Shown piece after piece: positions 19,566 through 28,252 of a DNA stretch of 64,000 nt. This DNA comes from Dehalococcoidia bacterium (GTDB lineage: Bacteria > Chloroflexota > Dehalococcoidia > Bin125). Under the pieces are notes generated by a model, which did no database searches, was not told the origin of the DNA, and was given only the letters and a program-made list of their open reading frames with translations. Position numbers and translations under genes: made by a program. Positions within the stretch are counted from its first letter, which is position 1; every line of letters begins with the position of its first letter. The stretch spans positions 1,043,729 to 1,107,728 of the forward strand of contig OZ251529.1 of assembly GCA_965243125.1 (NCBI GenBank). The letters run 5' to 3'.

Positions 19566-20267
19566 GTGAGCTCCCCCGACGACCAACGCGCCCGCACCAT
19601 TCAGTCCATGTTCGAGCGGCTCGTGCCCCAATACGACCGCATGAACCGCGTGATGACGGCCGGCCTTGACGGACGCTGGCGGCGCCTCGCCGTGCAGGCC
19701 GCCGCGCCGCGCGGCGCGGCCGTGCTCGACCTCGGCGCGGGCACCGGCGACCTCTCGCGCGAGTTCCGCCGCGCCGGCGCGGGCCGCGTCGTCGGCGCGG
19801 ACTTTTCCGCGCAGATGCTTCACCGCGCCCATCGCAAATTCGGCCCGCGCACCGCTGACTGGCTCCAGGCCGACGCGCTGCGGCTGCCCTTTCCCGACGC
19901 CGCGTTCGACATCGCCGCCAGCGCCTTCGTCCTGCGCAACCTGGTCGACCTGCCCCGCGCTTTTGAGGAGATGCTGCGCGTGCTGCGCCCCGGCGGGCGG
20001 CTCGTCGCGCTCGACATCACCCACCCGCCCGACGACCTGCGCGGCCGCATCCTGCGCCTCGGCTTCGAGCGGATCGTCACGCCCGCCGCCGGCCTGCTCA
20101 GCGGCGACCGCGACGCCTATCGCTATCTGCCCAACTCGCTCGCCAACTACCCCACCGCCGACGAACTGGCCGAAATGCTCCGCGCCGCCGGCGCAGAAGA
20201 AGCGTCCTACCGCCGCCTCGCCGCCGGCGCCGTAGCCCTCCACACCGCCCGCAAACCCTCTCGCTGA
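19566..20267 (+). CDS. ubiE: Demethylmenaquinone / ubiquinone C-methyltransferase
   Basis: FERLVPQYDRMNRVMTAGLDGRWRR and the SAM motif VLDLGAGTGD. The start was chosen at GTG 19566 to avoid overlap with the divergent TetR start; ATG 19608 is an alternative. Confidence 0.75.
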   Translation: MSSPDDQRARTIQSMFERLVPQYDRMNRVMTAGLDGRWRRLAVQAAAPRGAAVLDLGAGTGDLSREFRRAGAGRVVGADFSAQMLHRAHRKFGPRTADWLQADALRLPFPDAAFDIAASAFVLRNLVDLPRAFEEMLRVLRPGGRLVALDITHPPDDLRGRILRLGFERIVTPAAGLLSGDRDAYRYLPNSLANYPTADELAEMLRAAGAEEASYRRLAAGAVALHTARKPSR

Positions 20268-20414
20268 CGAGCGATTCCTATCGCTCTCTGGATAACGGCT
20301 TCAGTGAGTGTTTTGAGACAGCATGAGCGAGGAGGGCAGTCAGCGATAGAAGTGAGACGATTAGCTGCAATGGCAATGTGCGTCGCCATCCGATGGATTG
20401 ACAACGAAATCTCC

Positions 20415-23021
20415 TCAGGCGAGTTCTTTGTCAGAGTACCTTCGCACGCGGTTATGCCATTCCCGCAGCGTCTGAAGCGCTTCGTCGAGCTCCCTCGGAT
20501 CGGGTGAGCCATAGTTGGTGGTGACGATCTTGTCATGTCGCCGTGCCCAGATCGACACCTTGCTGTAGGAGGTTTGGAGTACCCGATTGTCCTTTTCCGA
20601 AACGTGTACGAGTAGGCGGAACATTTTTGGGTGGACTGCCATATCCGTCGGAGAAACGACTTTCTCAACGACAAGCTCGCGAACAGCTCGCTCCCAGGCT
20701 TCCGACAGTCTGCCGGCCCATTCCGCAGCTCGTTGCTCATACTCTTCCCCAGTGAGGCGGCCTCGAGTATTTTTGAGCTGAGCAAGGTCTTGTTCCAGTT
20801 GCCCTAGCCGTGTTTTCGTGTCCTTGGTTGGCCACGGGTGCCCATCTGAACATGCACCGGGAGTCACGCCACCTTTACGTTCCACAGTCCGTTTCGTGAT
20901 CTCAACTCCGCGTTGGCCGGCTTCTAGAGCGAGGGCGCTAACGAAGGTGTGATCGTGCGTGAAGATGATCACTTGGCGGTCGACGGCGAAATCCGCGAGT
21001 CGTGCAGCAACGCGAGCCCTGCGGTGGTGATCGAGCGATGACACGGGATCGTCCAACACGATCGCCGAGTACGACCTGTCGAGAGTCGTGTCCGTGAAGA
21101 AGCTGGCCAGGCCCAACGCAGTCTGTTCGCCTTCGCTGAGCACGTTGTCCATCTGGTACGAGCGCTTGGCACCGTCAAGCGCGGGCTTGTTGGTGAGCTG
21201 TCCTTTCTGGCCGCCTGTGTCTTCGAGAATGACTCGCTCCAGGAGCAGGTTGTCCGCTTCTTTCGCGAAGCAACGCTGCACCTTGGGTGTGACGTACTCA
21301 CGGGTGAGTCGTGTCGCCTCGGCCGTGATGGCATTCGTGCGCGTTTGCCGCCTTTTAGCCGCCTCTAGACGGTCGCGTTCGGCCAGGCGAGCGACTTCGC
21401 CCAAAATTGCCGCGCGTGCGTCGGCCATGAGCCGGCTGTCTTGATTCTCCTTGATCCGGGTCTCGATGCCGCGAAGCTGCCGCTCATACGCGGTCTCATC
21501 GAGCTGCGCTGCCGATGCGCGCACGCGATCGGCTTCCGCGCGGAGTACGTTGGTTTGAGAATCGCTCGGAACGCCATCCAACGCGTCTGTCAGATTGCCA
21601 TCTTCGATCGCGTGGACAACGTTCTGAAACGCTGTGATTTGTTCGCGGAATTGGAGAGCGAGCCCTTGATCGATCCTTTGGACGCGATCGAGAGCGACGG
21701 CCACATTGGTTGGTTCGATTGCCGCGGATCGCACTTGAGTTTCGGCAGCGGTCGCATCGCTCTCGGCGGCTTGCGCCTGTCGCTCTGTGCGATCTTGTAC
21801 GGCTGTCTCGAAGCGGCGCAGGCGTGCTTGGGCCTCATCAGATAGATCCTGATGGCAGAGCACACACTTCGAGTCTGCGCCGAGGCGCGGGAACGTATCG
21901 CCCGGATAAGCGTCCGTTTCCGAGAAGCTGCGAGCAGCTTCCCAGAGCGCGCGCCACGTTTCGGAGCCGACTCCGGCTACTGGCTGATCGCCTGAGGATT
22001 CTTGCGCGGCGATCGTGGCAGCTGCTCGCAATTGCTCTGCTTTCACCTTCTTTTCGGCGAGCGCGGTGATCGCGTCGCGGCTGAGGTCTTTGTCGAGAGA
22101 CGTCAGGTGATTCGCGAGTACGTTGAGGGCGCTCGCAAAATCCTCCAAGCGTTCGCGTTCGTGCGCAGAGCCCGAAGCTTGCAGGGTGTGAGCTTGCCGT
22201 TCTAGCGCCTCGATCTCAGCGTCAACATCGGCGGCAACCCGACAAGCGCGTGCTATCTCGTCGTCCGTCGTCGACAGCGAAAGTTCGCGTAGAAAGCGGG
22301 CTGCTTGGCCGTCTGGTGAAACGCTTGGCAGCGTTGTTGCTCTGTTCTCGTTTTCGCCGAGCAGCCGATCGAGCTCGGCCCTGACTCCGTCGCATGCGCG
22401 ACTGAGGCCGTCGAACAAGTTGAGCTCTGCCGGTCGGTACGTGACCTCCGACTCTTTCGTCAAGAACGCTTCGCCGCAGCTCTCGTCAAAGAAGCCGATC
22501 CGGCTTGCTGCTGGCGGGACATCTGTCCACTGACGCCGGATGTCTTCTTGACCACGAAGCGAAATGACAATCTCAGCTCGGGGCGAGGAATCCGTGCTGG
22601 CCGCGAAGATGTCCGGCAGAACCTGTTCAGTGACTCGAGCCTGTGAGATCTGCTTGATCAACCGGGCATACCCGGATTTGCCACTTCCGTTGTCTCCGTA
22701 GACGACCGTCAGGCCCGTCGGCGCGAATGTGAGCGTCTCGCCGGCTGCGAGCGCGTTCACGTTGGCCGTCTGGGCTATCTCGACCAAACCAACGGCATCG
22801 CTGGTCTCGCGCCCTGCGGCGGCGGCGAGCGTGAACGTAGCTTGTGGGTCATCGTCGCCCGCAGCGAGCCGTTCAGCGATTGCTCGATGATCAGCCGCGC
22901 CGAGGGTTTCGCCCTGCGCGAGTCTGCTCAGGACGCGACGCTGCCATCCCGGGCGGCCTTCAGCCCATTTGACGAGGTCCGACGCGATCGAAGACATGCA
23001 GGTAGGGTACCACGCCGACAC
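20415..23021 (-). CDS. RloC/PrrC-like ABC-type ATPase (AAA_13) with coiled-coil CxxC zinc hook; candidate anticodon-nuclease-type abortive-infection protein
   Basis: Walker A (VYGDNGSGKSGYARL), ABC signature (LSEGEQTALGLASFF), Walker B/D-loop (AIVLDDPVSSLD) and H-loop (IIFTHD). A roughly 400-aa coiled-coil insertion between the ATPase halves contains SKCVLCHQD (a CxxC hook). About 170 aa of C-terminal domain follow the H-loop. Confidence 0.6.
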   Translation of the reverse strand: MSAWYPTCMSSIASDLVKWAEGRPGWQRRVLSRLAQGETLGAADHRAIAERLAAGDDDPQATFTLAAAAGRETSDAVGLVEIAQTANVNALAAGETLTFAPTGLTVVYGDNGSGKSGYARLIKQISQARVTEQVLPDIFAASTDSSPRAEIVISLRGQEDIRRQWTDVPPAASRIGFFDESCGEAFLTKESEVTYRPAELNLFDGLSRACDGVRAELDRLLGENENRATTLPSVSPDGQAARFLRELSLSTTDDEIARACRVAADVDAEIEALERQAHTLQASGSAHERERLEDFASALNVLANHLTSLDKDLSRDAITALAEKKVKAEQLRAAATIAAQESSGDQPVAGVGSETWRALWEAARSFSETDAYPGDTFPRLGADSKCVLCHQDLSDEAQARLRRFETAVQDRTERQAQAAESDATAAETQVRSAAIEPTNVAVALDRVQRIDQGLALQFREQITAFQNVVHAIEDGNLTDALDGVPSDSQTNVLRAEADRVRASAAQLDETAYERQLRGIETRIKENQDSRLMADARAAILGEVARLAERDRLEAAKRRQTRTNAITAEATRLTREYVTPKVQRCFAKEADNLLLERVILEDTGGQKGQLTNKPALDGAKRSYQMDNVLSEGEQTALGLASFFTDTTLDRSYSAIVLDDPVSSLDHHRRARVAARLADFAVDRQVIIFTHDHTFVSALALEAGQRGVEITKRTVERKGGVTPGACSDGHPWPTKDTKTRLGQLEQDLAQLKNTRGRLTGEEYEQRAAEWAGRLSEAWERAVRELVVEKVVSPTDMAVHPKMFRLLVHVSEKDNRVLQTSYSKVSIWARRHDKIVTTNYGSPDPRELDEALQTLREWHNRVRRYSDKELA

Positions 23022-23106
23022 CGGATCTGATCACTCAGCCATCAACGTTTCGAGACTGGCCAAGACGAGAGGTGATGGGACGGAACGCTTTGGGCTGATC
23101 CGTGGG

Positions 23107-25953
23107 CTAGAGGCGCCGGTTGGAGACGACAGGTTCGGAGGCGAGCAGGCGGCGCAGCGGCTCCAGGTTGGGGAGGTCGAGGATCTCAGCGAGACCGTCG
23201 TCGAGCTTTGCTCGGGCGGGGTCGTCGGCCATTTGGGGGAGGGGCAGGAATTCGTCCTCGGCGAGCTCGTTGAAGAGGGCGTGGAGGGCGTCGAGCTGGT
23301 CCTGCGTGAGTTGTCGGACGTCGAGGATCGGCATTTCGGCGAGGTCGGCTTTCTTGAGTTTGACCCACGGACCTTCGGTTGTGTTCCGCGTGGCGAGCAG
23401 GGATAGCAGTCCCAGGCTGCTGTTGAGCCAGAGCACCAACGGCCGTTCGCGTCCCGTATCACCGACATTGACCGGCCAGAACACATTCGACAGCACCTGC
23501 CGCTCCGTGCAGATTGCGATGGTGCGGCAAGTGTTCAGCCGCAAGCGCTCGCCGATCAGAAGTTTGCCCGCCTTCGGCCAGAGCAGGTCGAGCGGCTTGA
23601 GCTTTCGGCGCGGTCTGGGCGTCGTCAAGGGCGAGAGGTAATTGTCCGGTTCGGCGAGCAGCCTGGTGCGTTTGTCGGTGTCGTGGCCGTCGATCATCTC
23701 GTAGGCGGTGACGCTTTGCGTTCGCTCGAAGCCGTCCCACACATCGCGCACATCGGGCCCGATCTGCCCGAGTTCGGTCAGGGAGGTGAGCGGTATCGAA
23801 CCGACCTCTCTCGCACCGGGCATTCGCACGCTTCCGTCGCGCAGTAGTCGCGACGCGATGCGCGTCACGTCCGCTCGCGCGAACTGCACGCCCAGCCACC
23901 GCTCGCCCAGGATCTGGTCCGACGGCATCAGCAGCACTTCGCCCATGTGCCGATCATCGACTGACAGGAGCGATGTGCCGTCTTCGTCAATGCGCGCCGG
24001 AGCGATCGTCTCAACGGCTTGCGCGATCTTCTGGGCGTCGATGACGCCTCGGGGATTGCGCCAGAGGCTGACGAAGCGCGTCTCGTAGTCGGGCGGGTCG
24101 CCGTTTTCGCGGCGGCGGGTGGCGATCAGCAGGGCCTCGGAGAGATCGGTGCTGTCGGAGAAGTTCCAACGTTCTGGGTCGTGGGACGCGATCACGGTGT
24201 CAATCGTGAAATCGCGCTCGATCAGGGAGCGGGTCTGCTGCCAGGAGGGGCCGGTGCAGACCGTCAGCGGCAGCACGAGGGCGAGCCGGCCTTCGCCGGG
24301 GCGCAGTTTCGGCGCGGCGGCGGCGACGAACGCGGAGCCGAGGCCGGCGGTGACAGCGCCGTTGCGGGTCTTGAGTCGGCGTTTGAGCTCGGCCTGGAGT
24401 TTGCTTCGCTCCGGCTGGGGGAGGCTGCCAAAGAGCAGGTTGCCGCCGACGGAGCGGGTGAACGGGGGGTTCATGATCACGAGGTCGAGGTCGGGCAGTC
24501 TGACGGTGACGCCTTCGGCGGCGCCCTTGATGCCCTCGCCGCTGACGCGCCCCACATCCTGCGGGACGACGGCGAGATCGCCGCCGCCGCCGAGCGACAT
24601 TTGCACGGGGGCTTCGCGGCTGCCGAGGAATTCGAGCGAGCCGAGCCGGATGTTGTCGCTCTCAACGCCGAGCGGCATCGTGTAGAGGTTCATTTTGTCG
24701 AATTGGATGTCGGGGTTGAGCATCGCCAGGCTGGTGGCGGCGAAGTGGATGGCGGAGAGCTGCACATCGAAGCCGATCAGCGCCTGTTCAACGAGGTGTT
24801 TGTGCAGAGAGGGAATGTCGCGTCCGCCGGCGTCGGCATGGCGGCGTTGCGTTTCGGAGGCGACGGCCATCAACAGCGTGCCGGTGCCGCAGGCGAGGTC
24901 GGCCACGTTGAGCGAGGCGGGGAATTCGTGATCGCTCCAGTCGACGCCCTTGGGCCAGCCGTCGAAGACGAGGCGGGCGAGCATCGCGGCGGCGGGGACG
25001 GAGGTGTAGTAGGCGCCGCTGAATTTGGCGTCGGAAAGGAGCGTGTGGAAGAGCCGACCCGAGAGGTCGTATCCCTCCACATCGCGCGTCTCCCGCGCCG
25101 CCCGAATCAGCGGCGCGATCACTCCCGCCTGCAACTCCTCGTCGGTCTCGTAGAGGATGTCCAGGATCGCCGCGGCGACCTCGAACACCGGCACGTAGTC
25201 GATCTCGTTGCAAATCCTGCGCCAGCTGTCGCGCAAACGTGCTGTGCCATTCCCCAAGTCGGTGGTCATTTCGCCGACCGTCTCGACTTCGCTGTTGACG
25301 GCGGCGAGGCGGTCCTGGAAGGACAGCGCATTGAACAGCACAAGGCAGCCGATCCGCCGGGCGGCGCCGCGGTCTCTCTCTTTGTCGGTGCTGGCGATCA
25401 CGTCGGCCACGCGCCGCGCCGCGCGCGCATGGCGGCTGAGCTCCCGCGCCGACTGGTCGAGCGCATGGTTGATGGCCGCCGCCGCTGCGATCACCCGGTC
25501 GCCGTCCTCGAGCTCAAGCCGGAGCAGACGCAGATGATCGGCCAGCTCGTCGAGCGAGCCGCTGCGCACGATCGGATCCGGGTAGATCTCATCGCCCGAA
25601 CTGTGGACGTACCAAATCAGATCATCCGCCTGCTCCAGCGCCGCGCCGGTCTCCGGCTCAGCCTTCAGCCGATCGGGATAGAGCACGCCGACCCGACCCA
25701 CGGCCTCCGGAATCGCTGCCACGCGCTCGTCAAGCTGCGCCTGTAGAGCGGCTCGTCCGCTCTCCCACTTGCACTCGATCAGCACCAGATCGCCGTTCCG
25801 CAGCTCAAACCGAATGTCGGGCGCGTTGCCCTGCCGGCGGCGCTCGGCGCGCGCTGCGATCCCGCGCCGCTTCAGCCCCTCCCCTAGCAGCACGTTGACG
25901 GCTTCTTCGCGGACGGTTTCCCCGCCGCGCCGCCGTCCGGTTGCAGAGCTCAT
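23107..25953 (-). CDS. Type IIG restriction-modification enzyme (fused PD-(D/E)xK endonuclease plus gamma-class N6-adenine DNA methyltransferase plus target-recognition region)
   Basis: The N-terminus NGDLVLIECKWESGR is a D-x-ExK nuclease motif. The central region has SAM motif I (VADLACGTGTLL) and motif IV NPPF (VIMNPPFTRS). About 400 aa of C-terminal region follow. Total 948 aa. Confidence 0.7.
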   Translation of the reverse strand: MSSATGRRRGGETVREEAVNVLLGEGLKRRGIAARAERRRQGNAPDIRFELRNGDLVLIECKWESGRAALQAQLDERVAAIPEAVGRVGVLYPDRLKAEPETGAALEQADDLIWYVHSSGDEIYPDPIVRSGSLDELADHLRLLRLELEDGDRVIAAAAAINHALDQSARELSRHARAARRVADVIASTDKERDRGAARRIGCLVLFNALSFQDRLAAVNSEVETVGEMTTDLGNGTARLRDSWRRICNEIDYVPVFEVAAAILDILYETDEELQAGVIAPLIRAARETRDVEGYDLSGRLFHTLLSDAKFSGAYYTSVPAAAMLARLVFDGWPKGVDWSDHEFPASLNVADLACGTGTLLMAVASETQRRHADAGGRDIPSLHKHLVEQALIGFDVQLSAIHFAATSLAMLNPDIQFDKMNLYTMPLGVESDNIRLGSLEFLGSREAPVQMSLGGGGDLAVVPQDVGRVSGEGIKGAAEGVTVRLPDLDLVIMNPPFTRSVGGNLLFGSLPQPERSKLQAELKRRLKTRNGAVTAGLGSAFVAAAAPKLRPGEGRLALVLPLTVCTGPSWQQTRSLIERDFTIDTVIASHDPERWNFSDSTDLSEALLIATRRRENGDPPDYETRFVSLWRNPRGVIDAQKIAQAVETIAPARIDEDGTSLLSVDDRHMGEVLLMPSDQILGERWLGVQFARADVTRIASRLLRDGSVRMPGAREVGSIPLTSLTELGQIGPDVRDVWDGFERTQSVTAYEMIDGHDTDKRTRLLAEPDNYLSPLTTPRPRRKLKPLDLLWPKAGKLLIGERLRLNTCRTIAICTERQVLSNVFWPVNVGDTGRERPLVLWLNSSLGLLSLLATRNTTEGPWVKLKKADLAEMPILDVRQLTQDQLDALHALFNELAEDEFLPLPQMADDPARAKLDDGLAEILDLPNLEPLRRLLASEPVVSNRRL

Positions 25954-25983
25954 GGCGCGATTGTCGCATATGTGGGCGCGGGG

Positions 25984-26604
25984 TCAGCGCGATGCGGCCA
26001 GCGCTACCGCTGCGCGCCCGCTGCCCTTCACCAGTCGGCCGGCCCAGCGCGTCGGCGGCGCGTCGGATGCTTCCAGCCAGTCGCAGGAGTCGATCGCAAA
26101 CCCCGCCGCCGCCAGCGGCCCGCGCAGCCCCGCGTCCAATGATGTCGGCGTCGGCGGCGCGCAGCCCGGCGGGGCTGCTTCGGCATTCAGGATGAGCTCT
26201 ACGTCAGCCTGATCTGCGCAGAGGCGGTCGGCGAGCGCGGCGAACGCTGCGGCGTCCTCCAGGATCAGCCGCAACAGCGCCGCCCAGGGGAAGTGAACGG
26301 TGAGCCGCCGCGCCGCGCCCTCCAGCTCCGGCGGCGGGCGCTGGGCATCGGCGGCTGCGAAGATGGCATTCGGCGCGCCGCCGCGCTCCGGGCGGCGCGC
26401 AGCGCGTTGCGCGGCCCGCCGCAGCGCGTCGCGGTCGGTGTCCAGTCCCACTGCCAGCCAGTCGGGGTGCTCGCGCGCGAAGCGCCGCACATGCCCGCCG
26501 TCGCCGCAGCCCAGGTCGAGCAGCAGCGCCTGGTACGGGGAGCGCAGCGCCGCCCACTCCGCCGCGTCGCAGCGCCGCCCCCCGGAGCGCGTCATCAGTT
26601 CCAC
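25984..26604 (-). CDS. Class I SAM-dependent methyltransferase resembling the KamB/NpmA 16S rRNA (adenine1408-N1) aminoglycoside-resistance family
   Basis: 206 aa. LLLDLGCGDGGHVRRFAREHPDWLAVGLDTD and ...TVHFPWAALLRLIL ... RWAGRLVKGSGR resemble, from memory, the NpmA/KamB motifs HIDLGTGDG...IGIDP / ILFPWGTLL / SLWAKRLAFGRKR. This is the first gene of the operon with the Type IIG and RloC-like genes. Confidence 0.45.
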   Translation of the reverse strand: MELMTRSGGRRCDAAEWAALRSPYQALLLDLGCGDGGHVRRFAREHPDWLAVGLDTDRDALRRAAQRAARRPERGGAPNAIFAAADAQRPPPELEGAARRLTVHFPWAALLRLILEDAAAFAALADRLCADQADVELILNAEAAPPGCAPPTPTSLDAGLRGPLAAAGFAIDSCDWLEASDAPPTRWAGRLVKGSGRAAVALAASR

Positions 26605-26684
26605 GCCGCCAGCCTACGCGCGACTCTGCGGCGGTGGGCGATTAGACTTGGTCGGCAATTGCCGAACAGAGGAAGAGCCGCACC

Positions 26685-27797
26685 ATGCCTACGCCCGCCC
26701 GCGTCGTGTTTCTGCCCCAGGAAGACGCCCCGCTCGCCGTCGAACATGTCGAACTGCCCGACCCCGGGCCGCTCCAGGTCGTCGTGCGCCAGTTCGCCAG
26801 CGGCATCTGCCACTCGCAGCTGCACCAGATGCACAACCCGCGCCCCAGCGACCAGGTGCTCGGGCACGAGGCGACGGGCGAGGTGATCGCCGTGGGCTCC
26901 GAGGTGACCAACGTCGCCGTGGGCGACATCGTGTTCGTGACCTGGGTGCCGCGCGATCCGTCGGTCGCCGCCCGCGCGGTGGAGGAGATCAGCATCGAGC
27001 GCCCCAACGGTCGCCGCGCCACGACGCGCAACGTGTTCACCTGGGCCGATCACACGATCGCCGACGAGAAGTACATCGTGAAGGTGCCCCAGGACACGCG
27101 GCGCGATGTGACATCGATCATCGGCTGCGCGGTGCTGACCGGATCGGGGGCGGTTTACAACACTGCGGCGGTCCGCGAGGGCGACTCGGTCGCGATCTTC
27201 GGTGTCGGCGGCGTCGGGCTTTCCGCCGTGGTCGCGGCCTCCGTGGTCAAGGCGGACCCGATCATCGCCGTTGACCTCGACGACGAGAAGCTGGAGTTCG
27301 CCAAGCGGTTCGGCGCGACGCACGGAGTGAATGCGGGTGGGGGCGACGCGATTGAGCAGGTCAAGGCGCTCACCGCGGGCGCGGAGGGCGTCACCACCAG
27401 CTTCGGCGAGCCCGTTTCCGGGGTTGATTTCGCCTTCGACTGCATCGGGCGCGAGGTGACGATGGGCCAAATTCTCCGCGCGGTGCGGCCCGGCGTGCTG
27501 GGCGAGGAGGGCGGCGGCACCGCCGTGCTGGTCGGCGTGCCACAATCCGGCCTCCGGTTCAGCGAGGAGGACATGCGCGGCCTGCTGATCAACGAGAAGC
27601 GCTACATCGGCTCGATCGGCGGCTCCTGCCGCCCCGACCGCGATTTCCCCATGTTCCTGGCCTGGTCCGACGATGGGGCGCTGGATCTGGACGCGATGGT
27701 GACGGAGCGCTTCAAAATCAGCCAGATCAACGAGGCGACGACGGCGCTGGAGCACGGCGAGATCTTCGGCCGGGCGATCATGGAGTTCGACGACTAG
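26685..27797 (+). CDS. Zinc-dependent alcohol dehydrogenase (MDR family)
   Basis: GICHSQLH Zn-binding motif; Rossmann AIFGVGGVGLSAV; length 370 aa. Confidence 0.85.
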   Translation: MPTPARVVFLPQEDAPLAVEHVELPDPGPLQVVVRQFASGICHSQLHQMHNPRPSDQVLGHEATGEVIAVGSEVTNVAVGDIVFVTWVPRDPSVAARAVEEISIERPNGRRATTRNVFTWADHTIADEKYIVKVPQDTRRDVTSIIGCAVLTGSGAVYNTAAVREGDSVAIFGVGGVGLSAVVAASVVKADPIIAVDLDDEKLEFAKRFGATHGVNAGGGDAIEQVKALTAGAEGVTTSFGEPVSGVDFAFDCIGREVTMGQILRAVRPGVLGEEGGGTAVLVGVPQSGLRFSEEDMRGLLINEKRYIGSIGGSCRPDRDFPMFLAWSDDGALDLDAMVTERFKISQINEATTALEHGEIFGRAIMEFDD

Positions 27798-28252
27798 CCC
27801 TCAAGACGGCTCAGCTCTGCGGCGACCTCGTCGGCGGTGACGGTGCGGGTGATCGCGCCAACGGCATGGTTGAGGGTGATCTGTCGGATTTGCGAGTCCC
27901 GAGCGATGACGCGCTCAATTTCACGCTCGTGTTTGAGGATGAGTTGGAGCTGTTCGGCGGCGTCTCCGGAGCCGAGCTGTTCCTGGCGAAAGCGGAGTTG
28001 AACAATCCGCAGGCCGTCGCGCATCGCGCGGAGGGCGGGCAGGCGCGTGTCGCGCTTAGCGTAGCGGTCTTTCGTGACGATCGCGTCATAGTTGTGCGCC
28101 ACTGCAAACGCCAGCACGACCGCGTCGGGCTGATTGTCGAGTCTGAGCGGCTTGGCGTGATCGGCCTGCCAGCCGCGCTCGCGCAGCGGGGCCGCCACCG
28201 CTTCAGCGATGTTCTCATCCAGCAGCAGGCGTATGGACCTGGGCAGCGTCAT
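27794..28252 (-). CDS. DUF5615 family PIN-like putative toxin (module A)
   Basis: N-terminal ...IRLLLDENIAEAV matches the DUF5615 hallmark (xLLxDENx). The gene overlaps the stop of the upstream DUF433 gene. The canonical ATG is mutated to ATA (28232..28234), so start was set to the upstream ATG at 28252. Confidence 0.55.
   Translation of the reverse strand: MTLPRSIRLLLDENIAEAVAAPLRERGWQADHAKPLRLDNQPDAVVLAFAVAHNYDAIVTKDRYAKRDTRLPALRAMRDGLRIVQLRFRQEQLGSGDAAEQLQLILKHEREIERVIARDSQIRQITLNHAVGAITRTVTADEVAAELSRLEG

Noticed and set aside
20268-20414. Integrase or att site at the edge of the defence island
   Set aside because: This is only a convergent intergenic gap with a weak palindrome (CTATCGCT...AGCGATAG). 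No integrase or transposase gene or direct repeats are detectable, so the mobility mechanism is unknown.
23107-25953. Possibility that the NPPF methyltransferase is a BREX PglX or a Type I HsdM
   Set aside because: No BrxA/B/C, PglZ, BrxL, HsdS or HsdR genes are adjacent. The N-terminal PD-ExK module and single-polypeptide size fit Type IIG better.
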